DNA of 64,000 bases, taken from positions 87,730,001-87,794,000 of the forward strand of contig NC_082708.1 of the NCBI RefSeq assembly GCF_030144855.1, given 5' to 3'. Both the position numbers and the translations under genes were made by a program. Under the pieces are notes generated by a model, which did no database searches, was not told the DNA's origin, and was given only the letters and a program-made list of their open reading frames with translations. Numbering within the stretch: position 1 is the stretch's first letter; each line of letters starts with the position of its first letter. Source of the DNA: Hypanus sabinus (taxonomy: Eukaryota). Positions 51,751 through 64,000 of the stretch are shown here, in pieces.

Positions 51751-53824
51751 CTGATTGGTCTATCAGAGTTCTCTTTGGGAACTAGTTGACTTGATCAGCA
51801 TTTCTGATCTGACTATTGTTCACAATTGCACTTAAAAGAAAGGACTTTAGGGCTACTTTTGGGTTGGGAACGCTTCTCTAGATTTGAGTTTTCCATGCAT
51901 TTGGATAAAGCACAAGAATGCCCAGGTAAACTTCAAAATGTTCATTATTCAACTCATCTCACATCATTTGGAAAATTAGACTTGGAACTTCATGCTGTAA
52001 ATTACCTTTCTGATCTTAACCGGATGCTACAGTTTGGCATGAAACATGTCATTTAGAGTATTGCAGGGGAATGTGGGCTCTAATGTTCTGGGAATGCCCA
52101 TGATTGCATGGTTACCATGGTATTAAAATGATAGAGCCAATCTCTGAGTCTACAAAGGAAGTAAATTACTTCTCCACTTCTACAGTATGTCCACCTTCAC
52201 AAAGATTACCCAGCAAAATCTTCCAACTCAAGGTAACTTCCAAACATATTATGGCTTTACACATTGATAAGCAATAGTGACACACCAAACTATGTTAGGA
52301 TTTTTTCTGGTGACTCTTTCCACAGTGGGACCTTGCTTGATAATAACACAGATCAGGCAATCATAGGGGGTTCATTGTGCCTGATTTGCATTGTTGCATT
52401 GGGCAGGTACTCTGCCATTTATGAAATTGTTGAATATTGTGCTAATTTACATCTAACTAGGTGATAATAATAGGACCAGAAGATGCCAAAGTAAGCAAAT
52501 GAAATACCTGTAATTCAATCTTCGTTGAACTTCCTAGCACTCTAGTAAGTTAACTGGTTCTCTTTAAGATTCAGATTGATGACACTATACAGTATGTACA
52601 ATACTGTATACTATATAAAACAGACTCCATTGGCACATATTAGTTGCCATCTTTTTAATAAAGGTGCTGTCTTATTCCTCTAGTTGATTTTTCTGTTATT
52701 TTTCTGATCTACAGATACACTGAGGCATATATTGGAAAGCATAACTCTACACACTGCCACAGATTGATTAAATTTAGAAACACATTGTTAGAAAATGTCT
52801 TTTTTGCCTTTAGGGAATAGGCAGGTGGCAAAGATTTCTGAACAGTTTAATAAATAATGTGACCAACAGATCTATGTTTCTCTTTCATACATCTTACCCA
52901 GTTAGGGTGCACCATTAAAAGAAAGAAAACTGATCAAGATATCCCAGAAGGCAAGCACTGACTATTTAAAGATGTCTTTCTTATGTCTGAATAGATTATG
53001 AGTTTGTTTTCCCCAGATAACTCTCAGCGGAAGGTTTTGCTCATCTCATATAATCCTTATGTGTGTTGTTACTGGGTACTTCCTCCTGGAGACACGGCAG
53101 GTCACATCTCCCTGTTCAGCTATGGCAGCAGCTGTTTGGAACAGGAATCATAAATCAAAGCCCCACTCCTCCGTAGAGCCTGTAATTTTCTGGGCAGCAA
53201 AAAGGTCAGAAGCAGACGTGTATAGGGATGGAGTTCCTTTAAATATGACCTTCATACATGATTCTCAAATGGCTGAAACTGAATCTGCAGAAATAAATGC
53301 AAATGAGATAAATAATAATTTTGTGTCTTTATCAGAAAATACTTTCACTTTAGTTTCTGGTTGCCTGATGCTTAGAATATTGATTTTTTTAGTACTTCAA
53401 ATAATTTCAATTGCTGCTTTCATTAAATGTTCATCAACACCACACCTTGATCTCAGTTGCATGCCAGAAATAAGGAGATAAAGATCTTCAGACATGTCTT
53501 TGTGCTTTTCAAGATTTTAAGCACAGTTCAAATGGTGTGGCCTGCTGCCACAGACACCTTTTTACAAAATATAACAGTTTGCCCTGAGGAGATAGATGCT
53601 AAACACTGACTTCTTTGTAAACATTCATTGCACTTTTTTGTCAAATCAGCTGTTCCTAAACTTGAGATGTTGCATGCAATGATGTATTACCCTTTCTCTT
53701 AGCACCATATTGTAAAGGAAATGAAGCCTTCAGAGGGAGGCTTATACATTACTCTTGCAGTTGTCTATTTGAAGTATTAAAATGCATTCCAAGCTTTGGA
53801 TTTCCTTCTCCTCAACTCTCTGAC

Positions 53825-54335
53825 AAGAACATAATTAGGAGCAGTATTTGGTCAGCTGGAGCTTCAGATCTGCCCTGTTGCACATTGTGATCATGACTAC
53901 TCACCTCATCTCATCTTTGCCCCTTCTGCACAGCCCTCAGTTTCCTGATCACTGCTTCCTTTTTAAATTGACTTACTTCCACACACTTTAAGTTGGAGAA
54001 TACAAGTGTTTCACCAGTCTCTGTGAGAAGTTCATATATATCTTTAATTATTACTTCCCAGTCTTGTAACCACATCTCACTTTTGAGAGTCCCTCACTAA
54101 TGGAAGTATGTTGACATCCCAAGGATCTTGTACACTCCAAAGGAGTCACTACTCACGCTTCAAAATGCTAAAGAATACAAAATTGATTCTTTTTGCCACT
54201 TGTGATAGCTAAGTGACTTTCTTTTGGATCAGCTCTAATATCAGTATACACATGTTAAATAGCATACCTAAACTGTAATAATATTTCCTAAATGCAGACT
54301 TCTTGCAATGCGAACCAATATGCTACTTCTCTACT
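53825..54335 (-). mobile_element. Very degenerate CR1 3' portion
   Basis: aagaacataattaggagcagt (reverse tail), ttcaccagtctctgtgagaag and cctaaactgtaataatatt remnants. Confidence 0.5.
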
Positions 54336-54599
54336 CGTTGAGCATGCCTGTGAACAACACAGGGCAGAAACAATGGTGCAGATTTTAGCAAAGGTTGAAG
54401 ACCATTCAGCATTAGTTAAAAGACTCTTCCTAAATATGCTTATTGAATGACTGATCCTCTCATAAATCTTTATTAAGATCAGTTCCAGGTGTGTTCATCT
54501 ACAATTACTAACATAGCAATCAGTTTCTATGCTTTCCTAATCATTGTGAGAGACTTAATTAGACCAAATTGAATAGATCTCTGACCAGCTACCACCAAC

Positions 54600-55560
54600 A
54601 GGTCACCTGTGGAACCAGAGGAGTCAGCACACTTGACCGCTGTTACAACATCATCAACAATGCTTACAGTGCCAGTTCAAACCTGCAGATTGGCAAGTCC
54701 AGCACTTGGCTGTACTTCTACTTCTAGCATAAGGACAGAGACTGAGGTCTGCAACACCAGTGGTGAGGGCCACAAAGGTATGGTCATGGGAGGCAGAGGA
54801 GTGTTTACAGACCCACTTTGAATATGTGGAATGAACCATATTTAGGGATTCATCTTTAGATCTGAATAAATATGCCACAACCAGCCATGATGGAATAATG
54901 GAGTAGACTCGATGGGCTAAATGATCCAATTCTGCTCCTAGCTCTCATGGTCTGATGGTTTTATGGTTGTGATCAAGGTTCATTAGACCTGTATGAGTGA
55001 GTGTATGAATGTAACTTCAAGAGCATACTGGACATACCCAAACCAGAAGCCATGAATGATCCTGAAGATTCACAGTATACTAAGGGCTGGATCTGTGGTG
55101 TTCAAGAACTCTGCACAAAGGTCATGTTTGACCTAAAGAAGGCTATCCGAAGAGTGAAAAAGCAACTACAAGTGAGGTTAGAGATGGAATCCAATGCACA
55201 TCAGCTATGGTGGTGTTTGTAGCTCATTACTTCATACACGGTGAAACCAAATATCATAAATGGCTGTGATGCTTCTTTCTGTAATCAGTTGAATACCTTT
55301 CATGTATGCTTTGAAAGGGAGAACAAAACTAAACTTGTGCAGATCCCTGCAGCATCTTGGAATACTGTGATATCTTTCAAGAGAGTGAACCCTCATAAGG
55401 CTTCAGGATTTGATGGTGTACTTGGAAGGGCACTGAAAACCTGTGACAACCATGTGGCTGGAGTGTTGAAGGACATCTTCAGTCCCTCACTGCAGCAATC
55501 GGAGCTTCCTACCTGCTTCAAAAGAGCATTAATCATACAGATGGCCAAGATGTGCAAGGT
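54600..55560 (+). mobile_element. Degenerate Rex-Babar ORF2 (EN-RT linker), with a short CR1 tail inserted at about 54885-54965
   Basis: HLTAV/LDRCY-like EN end, YPNQKPW-like, and FKRVNPHKASGFDGVLGRALKTCDNHVAGVLKDIF...PTCFK. Confidence 0.8.
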
Positions 55561-58485
55561 GCCTGAATAATAAAGATCCTCTCAACCTTCAGTATAAATA
55601 TACTCAATGACTTGACCTCCATTTGGCAGTGAATTCTACAAATTCACCATCTCTGGCCAAAGCAATTCCTCCTCATCTCTGTTCTAAACAGAAATTCCCT
55701 CTATTCAGAGGCTGTACACTCTGGTTCCAGACTCCCCTCTAAAGGAAACATCCATTCTTCTAAACTCCAACAAGATTGACGAGGGTAAGGCAGTGGATGT
55801 AATCTATATGGACTTCAGCAAAGTCTTTGACAAAGTTCCGCATGGAAGGTTAGTTAAGAAGGTTCAGTCGTTAGGTATTAATGCTGGAGTAATAAAATGG
55901 ATTCAACAGTGGCTAAATGGGAGATGCCAGAGAGTAGTGGTGGATAATTGTTTATCGGGATGGAGGCCGGTGACTAGCGGGGTGCCTCAGGGATCTGTTT
56001 TGGGCCCAATGTTGTTTGTAATATACATAAATGATCTGGATGATGGGGTGGTAAATTGGATTAGTAAGTATGCAGATGATACTAAGGTAGGAGGTGTTGA
56101 GGATAATGAGGTGGGTTTTCAAAGCTTGCAGAGAGATTTATGCCAGTTAGAAGAATGGGCTGATGGCAGATGGAGTTTAATGCTGAGAAGTGTGAGGTTC
56201 TACATTTTGGCAGGAATAATCCAAATAGGACATACAGGGTAAATGGTAGGGCATTGAGGAATGCAGAGGAACAGAGAGATCTAGGAATAACAGTGCATAG
56301 TTCCCTGAAGGTGGAGTCTCATGTAGATAGGGTGGTGACGAAGGCTTTTGGAACGCTGGCCTTTATAAATCAAAGCATTGAGTACAGAAGTTGGGATGTA
56401 ATGTTAAAATTGTACAAGGCATTGGTAAGGCCAAATTGAGAATATTGTGTGCAGTTCTGGTCACCGAATTATAGGAAAGATATCAATAAGTTAGAGAGAG
56501 TGCAGTGACGATTTACTAGGATGTTACCTGGGTTTCAGCACTTAAGTTCCAGGGAAAGGTTGAACAAGTTAGGTCTCTATTCATTGAAGCGTAGAAGGTT
56601 GAGGGGGGATTTTGAGAGGGATAGATAGAGTTGACGTGAATAGGCTGTTTCCATTGAGAGTAGGGGAGATTCAAATGAGAGGACATGATTTGAGAGTTAG
56701 GGGGCAGAAGTTTAAGGGAAACACGAGGAGGTATTTCTTTACTCAGAGAGTGATAGCTGTGTGGAATGAGCTTCCTGTAGAAGTAGTAGAGGCCAGTTCA
56801 GTTGTGTCATTTAAGGTAAAATTGGATAGGTATATGGACAGGAAAGGAGTGGAGGGTTATGGGCTGAGTGCGGGTAGGTGGGACTAGGTGAGATTAAGAG
56901 TTCGGCACGGACTAGGAGGGCCGAGATGGCCTGTTTCCATGCTGTGATTGTTATATGGTTATATGGTTACAGGCCTAAAGCCACCAGACACTCTTCGTAT
57001 CTTAACCCTTTCTTCTCAAAATCATTCTCGTGAACTTTCTCTGCAACGTCTACAAGGCTAGCATATCTTGTCCTTGTTAAGGAGCCCAAAACTGCTGACA
57101 ATACTTTATGTGCCTTATAAAGTTCAGCATTACATCCTTGCTTTTATATTCTAGTTCTCTTGAATAATCACTAACACTGCATTTGCCTTCCTTATCAGCA
57201 ACTAAACCTACAAATTAATTGGTAGGGAATCCTGCACAAAGTCTTGCAAATACTCTTGTACCTCTGATTTCTGAATTTTCTCCCTGTTTAGAAAATAGTC
57301 AATGCACTTATTCCTTCTATGAAAGTGCATGAACATAAGTTTCCTTGACTATATTCCATGTGCCATTTTGTCGCCCATTCTGCCAATCTGTCTAATTCCT
57401 TTTGCAGACTTCTTGCTTTGTCAACATTACCTGCCCCTCCACCTATCTTTTTATCATCTGAAAACTTGGCCACAAAGCCATCAATTGCATCATCCAATTA
57501 TTGGCATATATCATGATAACAATATCCCAATATCAACCCTTCTGAAATACTACAAGTCATTGCAGCCAATCAGGAGAGAACCCTTTATTCTGACACTTTG
57601 CCTCCTGCCTGCTAGCTAATCTTCTACCATGCTAGTATCTTTCCTGCAACATCATGGGATCTTATCTTGTTAAGCAGCCTCAAGTGCAGCACCTTGTCAA
57701 AGGCCTTCTGAAAATCCAAGTAAGTTATAATCACTGACTTTCCTTTGTCAATCCTGCCTGTTATTTCCTCCAAGAATTCCAACAGATTGTCAAACAAGAT
57801 TTCTCCTTACGGAAACCATGCTGACTTTGGTTTATTTTATCATGTTCCTTCAAGTACCCTGAAACTTCATCCTTAATAATGGACTCCATCTGCCCTATAA
57901 TTTCCTTTCTTCTGCTTCCCTATATTCTTAAAGAGTGGAGTGGTATTTGCAATTTTCCAGTACACCTGAACCATTATTGAATCTAGAAATTCTTGAAAGA
58001 TCATTATTAATGCCTCCACAATCTCTTCAGCTACCTCATTCAGAACCCTGGTGTGTATTCTATCTGGTTCTGGTGACTTATCTACCTTCAAACCTTTCAG
58101 TTTCACAAGCATCTTCTCCTTAGTAATATCAACTACACTCACTTCTGCCCCGGACACTCTTGAATTTCTGCCATAATGTCACTAAATAGTTAAGTTCATC
58201 CACCATTTCTTTGTCCCCCATTACTTCCTCCCCAGGATCATTTTCCTGCAGTCCAATCTCCACTCTTACCTAGTATTTTACCCTTTATATATCTGAAAAT
58301 AATGTGTTAACTTCTTTTATATCATAGCTTACCTTCATATTTCATCTTTTCTCTCTTCCTAGGTTTTTAGTTGCTTTTCGTTGGTTTTTAAAAGTTTCAC
58401 AATCCTCTAACTACCCACTAAGTTTTGCTATTTATATGCCCTTTCTTTCACTTTTATGCTGCCTTTGTCTGCCCTTGGACTGTCT
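55560..58485 (-). mobile_element. Older CR1 LINE hosting a younger CR1 insertion
   Basis: LKGLKVDKSPEPDRIHTRVLNEVAEEIVEAL (57873..58157) and FVAKFSDDKKIGG (57288..57497). Host rejoins ctaaactccaacaa|tacaggcctaaagcc. Confidence 0.85.
55773..56968 (+). mobile_element. 5'-truncated CR1 LINE
   Basis: ORFs 55793..56242, 56170..56439 and 56612..56887; tail (gttatatg)n. Confidence 0.95.
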
Positions 58486-58964
58486 ATGGTATCGCTGTCA
58501 GGAAGTCCAAGATCCAGTTACCCAACAGGAACAGATTTCCCACCAGCTTCTGAAGAATGATGGTATTAAAAACAGAAATGGTGTCAACTTATAACAATTT
58601 TTTAAGGTATTGTTCAACACTGCTGCTGAAAATCATCAGATTTCACAACATACAGCGGGAAAGTGATAACAAAACTGTTTCTGATTCTGAATATTGTCCC
58701 CTCTACATTTGTTGGATACCTGGATTTCTCCCTCAAACTTCATCAGGTTCCGTGTGCTCTACACAATTCTCCTCCAGTTTCCTTGATTATCTCCCTGGCA
58801 AGCCAAACACTATTAATTCATAACCTGATGCACTTGTCCTTCCATCCTAGTCTCCAGACAGCCTCAGAAATGTGTTATCCACTTCTATTCTTCATTATGG
58901 GATCTCAGTGATCATTATCATGAGGTTTATCTCAGCGAATATCTTCTCAGTCCACACATTCCAA

Positions 58965-59235
58965 AGACATAAGGATGGGTGTTCTTTTAGAAACGAGAGG
59001 AGAAGGAATTTCTTTAGCTGGAGAGTGGTGAATCTGTGGAATTCTTTTCCGTAGTGGCTGTGGAGGTCAAGTCTTCATGTATATTTAAGGTGGAGGTTGA
59101 CAGATTCTTGATAGATACAGAGGGAAGACAGGAGATTGGGGCTGAGAGGAAATTGGATGGCTATGATGCAATAGCGGAGCAGACTTGGTAGATCAAATGG
59201 CTTAATTCTGCTCCTATTTCTTATCGTCTTATGGA
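58965..59235 (+). mobile_element. CR1 3' end fragment
   Basis: FRNERRRNFFSWRVVNLWNSFP and tail aattctgctcctatttcttatcgtcttatgg. Confidence 0.8.
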
Positions 59236-59553
59236 AAAGCAATAAGGGAATGCAGAATATAGTGTTGTTAAAATGGATTACAATGACTAATTACATGTGT
59301 ATACATACTTCATTAAAAAAGTGGAAACATTAATTACTTCTTAATTAAATGAATCATTGAGTGAATAATTCTCACAGAGAACACAAGTTGATGAAACATG
59401 AAATGCATAAGCGGCAGACAATTTTAAGATAAGAAGGTCTCTGTAATGAAGCAAAGATGTCTTTAAAATTACATAAAATTACATATTGAGGACACATGTG
59501 GAGTATTTTATAAAATATTACTTTCCTTACTTAAAACAAATACACCTTCTATA

Positions 59554-60165
59554 CGCAAACACGAGGAAATCTGCAGATGCTGGAAATTCAAGCAGCACAC
59601 ACAAAATGCTGGTGGAACGCAGCAGGCCAGGCAGCATCTATAGGAAGAAGTACTGTCGATGTTTCGGGCTAAGATCCTTCATCAGGACTAACTGAAAGAA
59701 AAGATAATAAGAGATATGAAAGTGGTAGGGGCAGGGGGAAACCTAAAATGATAAGAGGAGACAGGAGGGGGAGGGATAAAGCTAAGAGCTGGAAAGGTGA
59801 TTGGCAAATGGGATACAGAGCTGGAGAAGGGAAAGGATCATGGGACGGGAGGCCTAGGGAGAAAGAAAGGGGGAGGGGAGCACCAGAGGGAGATGGGGAA
59901 CAGGCAAGTAGTGATTGTGAGAGGGGCAGAGAGGGAAAAAACAGAGAGGAAAAAAGGGGGAATAATAAATAAGTAAATAAATAAATACACAAATAACTAC
60001 ATACATGCATACATAAGTAAATATGGGATGGGGTAAGAAGTGAAGGAGGGGCATTAACGGAAGTTAGAGAAATCAATGTTCATGCCATCAGGTTGGAAGC
60101 TACCCAAATGGAAAATTAGGTGTTGTTCCTCCAACCTGAGTGTGGCTTCATCTTGACATATCTTG
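59554..60165 (-). mobile_element. Penelope-like family B 3' fragment with terminal repeat, inserted in an old CR1
   Basis: 12-bp flanking duplication acaccttctata (59542-59553) / acatcttctata (60166-60177). The minus strand reads LRLEEQHLIFHLGSFQPDGMNIDF (GIY-YIG C-terminus) and carries a hammerhead motif. Confidence 0.85.
59655..59688 (-). ncRNA. Minimal hammerhead ribozyme motif (PLE family B)
   Basis: Reverse complement reads GTC CTGATGA a GGatcttagcCC GAAAC ATC GAC. Core boxes are intact; helix II and helix III are weakened. Confidence 0.7.
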
Positions 60166-61593
60166 ACATCTTCTATAGGGGGACTGCAGCATAGATTCAT
60201 CAGTATTGTTCCTGGGATGATGGGTCTGTGGTATGAACACCCAATAAATAAGTTAAACTTATTCCCTGGAATTTCAAAGAATAAGATACTTACTGAAACA
60301 TGTCAAATTCTTATGCAGCTCAACAGGGTTGATGAATGGAGAATGGAGAATATTTTCCTTGTTGAATGACAGAGCAGGGTGAATGGTCCATTCCTACTCG
60401 TATATCTATAGCGAAGAAAAGCTACAGAGAGATACAGTATATTCAGGTAAAAAGTTTATTTTCTATTGGCAATGCCTTCCATCAAGCCATCACCCATTCC
60501 CAAGTGGGCGGAAAAGGTGTCGAAAGGTGTCAGATGGAAATCCCACTTCAAAGGAAATTCAACACAAGCAGAAAAAAAGTCTGTGATTTCATTGTCTGTG
60601 CTCAAATGCCTGAATAGCAAAAATATACCAAATGTTAGCAGTACCCGTGGCCCAGATCTGAACATACAGATGACAAAAATGTTAGAAGAGTTATTGTGCA
60701 CTCTATTCAACAATGTTTACATTGAATACAAGTCAGAAAAGATTAATTATATGGATCATAGTTGGGCCAATTGGTTCAATATTTTACATAATACACTGTG
60801 TGTAATAATTAACGGTACAGACAGGTTACATAGTTGGAATGGTAGGACAATATATTACATTCTTTGGGCCATAGTGTTAATCCAATTAGATTAAAGTTTT
60901 TTGAGATTCTGAATGACTTGTTTAGATTTTAAATGGTTCAGTAAGTCTGTTCAAATAGTCTGACTGAAACACTGCATCAGAGAAAATATGTTGTAGAAAA
61001 TTGGTTGAAGTATTTAGTTCATTTAGGACTAAAATATTAATACTTATAACAACATGGTTTCAGATTAAATTATAATTTTCAAAACTGTCATATCTTAAAT
61101 GGATTTTAAAAAAGTTGGTGCTGCTGGTCTTGAATCTGGTGGAATTCATCACTCCTTCAAGAAGGAAATCACTTGAACATGAAGTGTAAGAAAATTGAAA
61201 AAATTAGAGGCCTCCTTTAAAATAACTATTAAATAGTGAATCAAATCTCTATTTGCAATTTAAAATAGTTATCTACCAAGGAGAGCTATTATCTTAAGGT
61301 CAGTGAGTTGCCACAACCTTAGGAGACTGTGTTACACAGTTACCTATTTTTGGATTGTTGTACAGTTTGCAGTTTCATTGATGAACTATTACTATAAAGT
61401 TTGTGTTTCCTTGATACTTTATGTCAAAGTGAGCTAAAGTTACAGTTAACACTCATCCTATTCAGAAGAAAACATAATGCTCTACACTGGTGACAAGAAC
61501 AGGATAACCAAAACCTCTGATTGCAGAGAAGACTGAGTGAGTTCCAGATTTGCCAACATAAAAAAGCAGAAGGATCTTCTGAAGACTAAAATA

Positions 61594-62599
61594 CGAGGGT
61601 GATTGATAAGTTCCTGACCTAAGGTAGAAGGAGTCAATTTCAGAAAACCTAGCACATTTACACACTTAGTCCATGTTAAGGATCCGGTCTGAACACTGGG
61701 TCAAAGGGGCTCTGCTGATAGCTCTGGACCATGACAGCCCTTAAATTCTACCTTCTTTCACCTGGCCATGTGGTCTTTGAACCAGCCCCTTTCCTAATTG
61801 GACTCTCGCCAATTACCCACTTATCCCCTCAATAGCACCCACCTGCTTCTGTTCTCGCTCATTACCCAGTCCATTTAAACCCTGCCTCGACTCACACTCT
61901 CTGCCTGTTCGTCCCAGTCCTGAACTGAGTCGTTCCAGCCTGCTATAGTGACGACTGCCAACGGAAATTGTTGAATTCTGTTTCTGGATTCTGCCTGTTT
62001 GGAACCTGATTCCTGTCTGAAGCACCCGTAATCGTCTGCCCTCGTCGGACAGCCTTTCCCAGGTAAGACCTCCGCCTGCCATTCCGGCTTCGTGCCTGCC
62101 TCCTGGTGTTGAAAGACTGTTGCCCCTGTGGCAGCTAATAAAATCCTGGTAAAAGAACATTCATTGGTCTGCACTTGAGTCCTATCGCAAACGGCCCCTC
62201 CTGACAGTTCAGTGGCCGTGCAGCATACAGATCCCTTCTTTGTAAAGCTAGCATCTTGGACCTCCAGAAGTGGTCCACAGCATGGGGTGATTGGTAAGTT
62301 TGTGGCCTAAGGTAAAAGGAGATGAGTTATTAACTTCAAGCTTTCTGCATTTTCACTCAGAGTTGAACTGCACTTGCACGTAATGAGAGCTGTATAACTC
62401 ATCTCCTTCTACCATAGCCCACTAACTTATCAATCACCCCTGCTGTGGACGACTTCTACAAAGAATGGATCCGTATGTTCCATGATCGCTGCAATAAGTG
62501 TGTACATGTAGGAGGGGACTATGTTGAAAAATAAACATGCTAGGTTTTCTAAAATTGACTCCTTCTACCTTAGGCCACAAACTTATCAATCACCCCTCG
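61594..62599 (+). mobile_element. Mariner-derived non-autonomous element (MITE), interrupted by a solo LTR
   Basis: TA flanks (61592-93, 62600-01). About 65-bp TIRs cgagggtgattgataagtt...cctaaggtagaaggagtcaattt.agaaaacctagca. Transposase C-terminal remnant FYKEWIRMFHDRCNKCVHVGGDYVEK* at about 62454-62534. Confidence 0.9.
61674..62206 (+). mobile_element. Solo LTR (533 bp)
   Basis: TGTTA...TGACA termini; TSD gtcca/gttca; TTTAAA box at about 61874 and AATAAA at about 62137. Confidence 0.85.
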
Positions 62600-63589
62600 T
62601 ACATCTATCACACACAAAAAGGGAGCTCATGATGAGATGACAGAAAGAAGATATTTTTGGAAGGGAAATTCAATGAAGCAAGAAACACATACTGTTTGCT
62701 GGAATTTAAAGCAATTAACATGTTCTTCAAATGACATTGTCAAGGTCATAGGCAACCATTGATGGTGGAGAACATAATGCAGTGATTTGTGAACTAAAAA
62801 AAAAGAAACATTTTGTTATTAAAGATGAAAGGTGACACATTCACAATACAAACTTCTTTGACAGCATAAAGTTTAATTGGTTTCCACTACATGCGCATTT
62901 CCATTGATTAAATTGCTATAGTGTTTAATTTGAACCCAGAATAAACTAAAATACTTTTGAGTCGCAAACATTGTACACGTAAGCAAATGTCGGAGATGGG
63001 AATTAGAGAGCAATTTTTTTGTATGAAAGATTTAGTAGGAAAAAGTAATTTCTTATATAATTCTAGACAGGGTGTTATAGAATACAGAAGTGTGCTTTAG
63101 GAGATCAGGAAATAATATGCCATTCTTTGTCATAAGACACAAATAAGTTTTGTAGTTGCTCTAGTGGTAGTTAATAGTGTTATTCCTATGCCACTCAGAT
63201 AGCCACTCCCACATGGGAGAAGTTCACATACTGTACAAACAGGGATTTGGGCCACATACCAAGTGAGATCCCCAACAAGAAGTAATTTACAGTAAGGTTC
63301 TTCCTGTCTGGATATATTTATGAAAAATGTCCAGAGACCTAAATTGCCTATGCTAGCTTGCTAATTTAATGCACTGCATGAGGCTGAGCTGAGAAAGGGC
63401 CAGGGTTGCCAGTTAGCACATTCAAGCCACACCCAAAATGGATACATTGTAATAATCTGTGACCCACTAACCTAGGGAAAAGCACAGAGACACAGGTACA
63501 ACAGAGAAGTCGGAGAAGCCAGTCAAACTCTCAAGGAGAAAAAGCCTTTTGTAGTCCAAATAAATGGAAGGATAAATAAACACACAAAT

Positions 63590-64000
63590 AGGAAAATGAA
63601 GAAAATACCTACAGTCGCTACATCTACTATCTAATAAAGCTCCTCCATGAGAATTTTGAGTTCTCTAAACCAGGGGACTTTGAGAGATAGCTCAGATGCT
63701 TTGAGAGATTTAAGGTTGAAAGCAAACTCACTCAGGTTTCAGAAAAGCCTCAAGTAAGCAGACTGATACTCTGCATGTTTGACAAAGCAAATGACATCAT
63801 GGTTGGATTTCAACTGACAGACGTTCAGAAAAAGGAATACAATCAGTGCAGAACAAACTCAAGGAATATTTTGCAGGAAAATGAAATGTGACATATGACA
63901 GGGCAAAATTCAACTCCAGAAAACAGAAGCCAGATGAAAGTGTAAATGACTTCATCACAGTATTTGTATGCACTGTCAGACAACTGTGCATATGGAAATC
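63590..64000 (+). mobile_element. Degenerate Gypsy gag, continuing past the right edge
   Basis: With frameshifts: APP*EFEFSKPGDFER*LRCFERFKVESKL...QVSRLILCMFDKANDIM...NVTYDRAKFNSRKQKPDESVNDFIT..YALSDNCAYG. Confidence 0.85.

Noticed and set aside
53059-53481. 140-aa ORF downstream of a possible splice acceptor (ttttccccag, about 53017)
   Set aside because: No recognisable homology and no convincing donor; alternative frames on both strands stop early.
59669-60076. Hydrophobic, low-complexity ORFs
   Set aside because: Translations of the purine/pyrimidine-biased Penelope 3' UTR, not genes.
60466-60894. 142-aa ORF and a doubled AAAGGTGTC (T-box-like) motif at about 60513-60531
   Set aside because: No homology is recognisable, and the motif is too short and deviates from consensus.

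Overview
Eukaryotic, AT-rich, repeat-saturated DNA with no prokaryotic-style genes. The CR1-dominated LINE landscape, V-SINE/HE1-like SINEs and Penelope elements suggest a cartilaginous fish, probably a ray (inference). Nearly every recognisable ORF is a decayed transposon fragment: an L1-type ORF2, many CR1 and Rex-Babar LINE pieces, a near full-length I-group (Nimb-like) LINE with RNase H, two Penelope-like (PLE) families, two Gypsy remnants, four unrelated solo LTRs and a mariner-derived MITE. The 15.5-31.8 kb block is a deeply nested insertion cluster. The most notable non-obvious signals are (i) minimal type I hammerhead ribozyme motifs of the dimer-dependent kind in the terminal repeats of both PLE families (four copies, variably decayed) and (ii) two non-coding elements with a YY1-like head and a Rex-Babar 3' tail, apparently non-autonomous parasites of Rex-Babar LINEs. 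No host gene is confidently identified; one candidate first coding exon (9144-9308, +) is flagged. There is a 404-N assembly gap at 25218-25621. Boundaries of old repeats are approximate, and family names come from motif recognition, not database searches.
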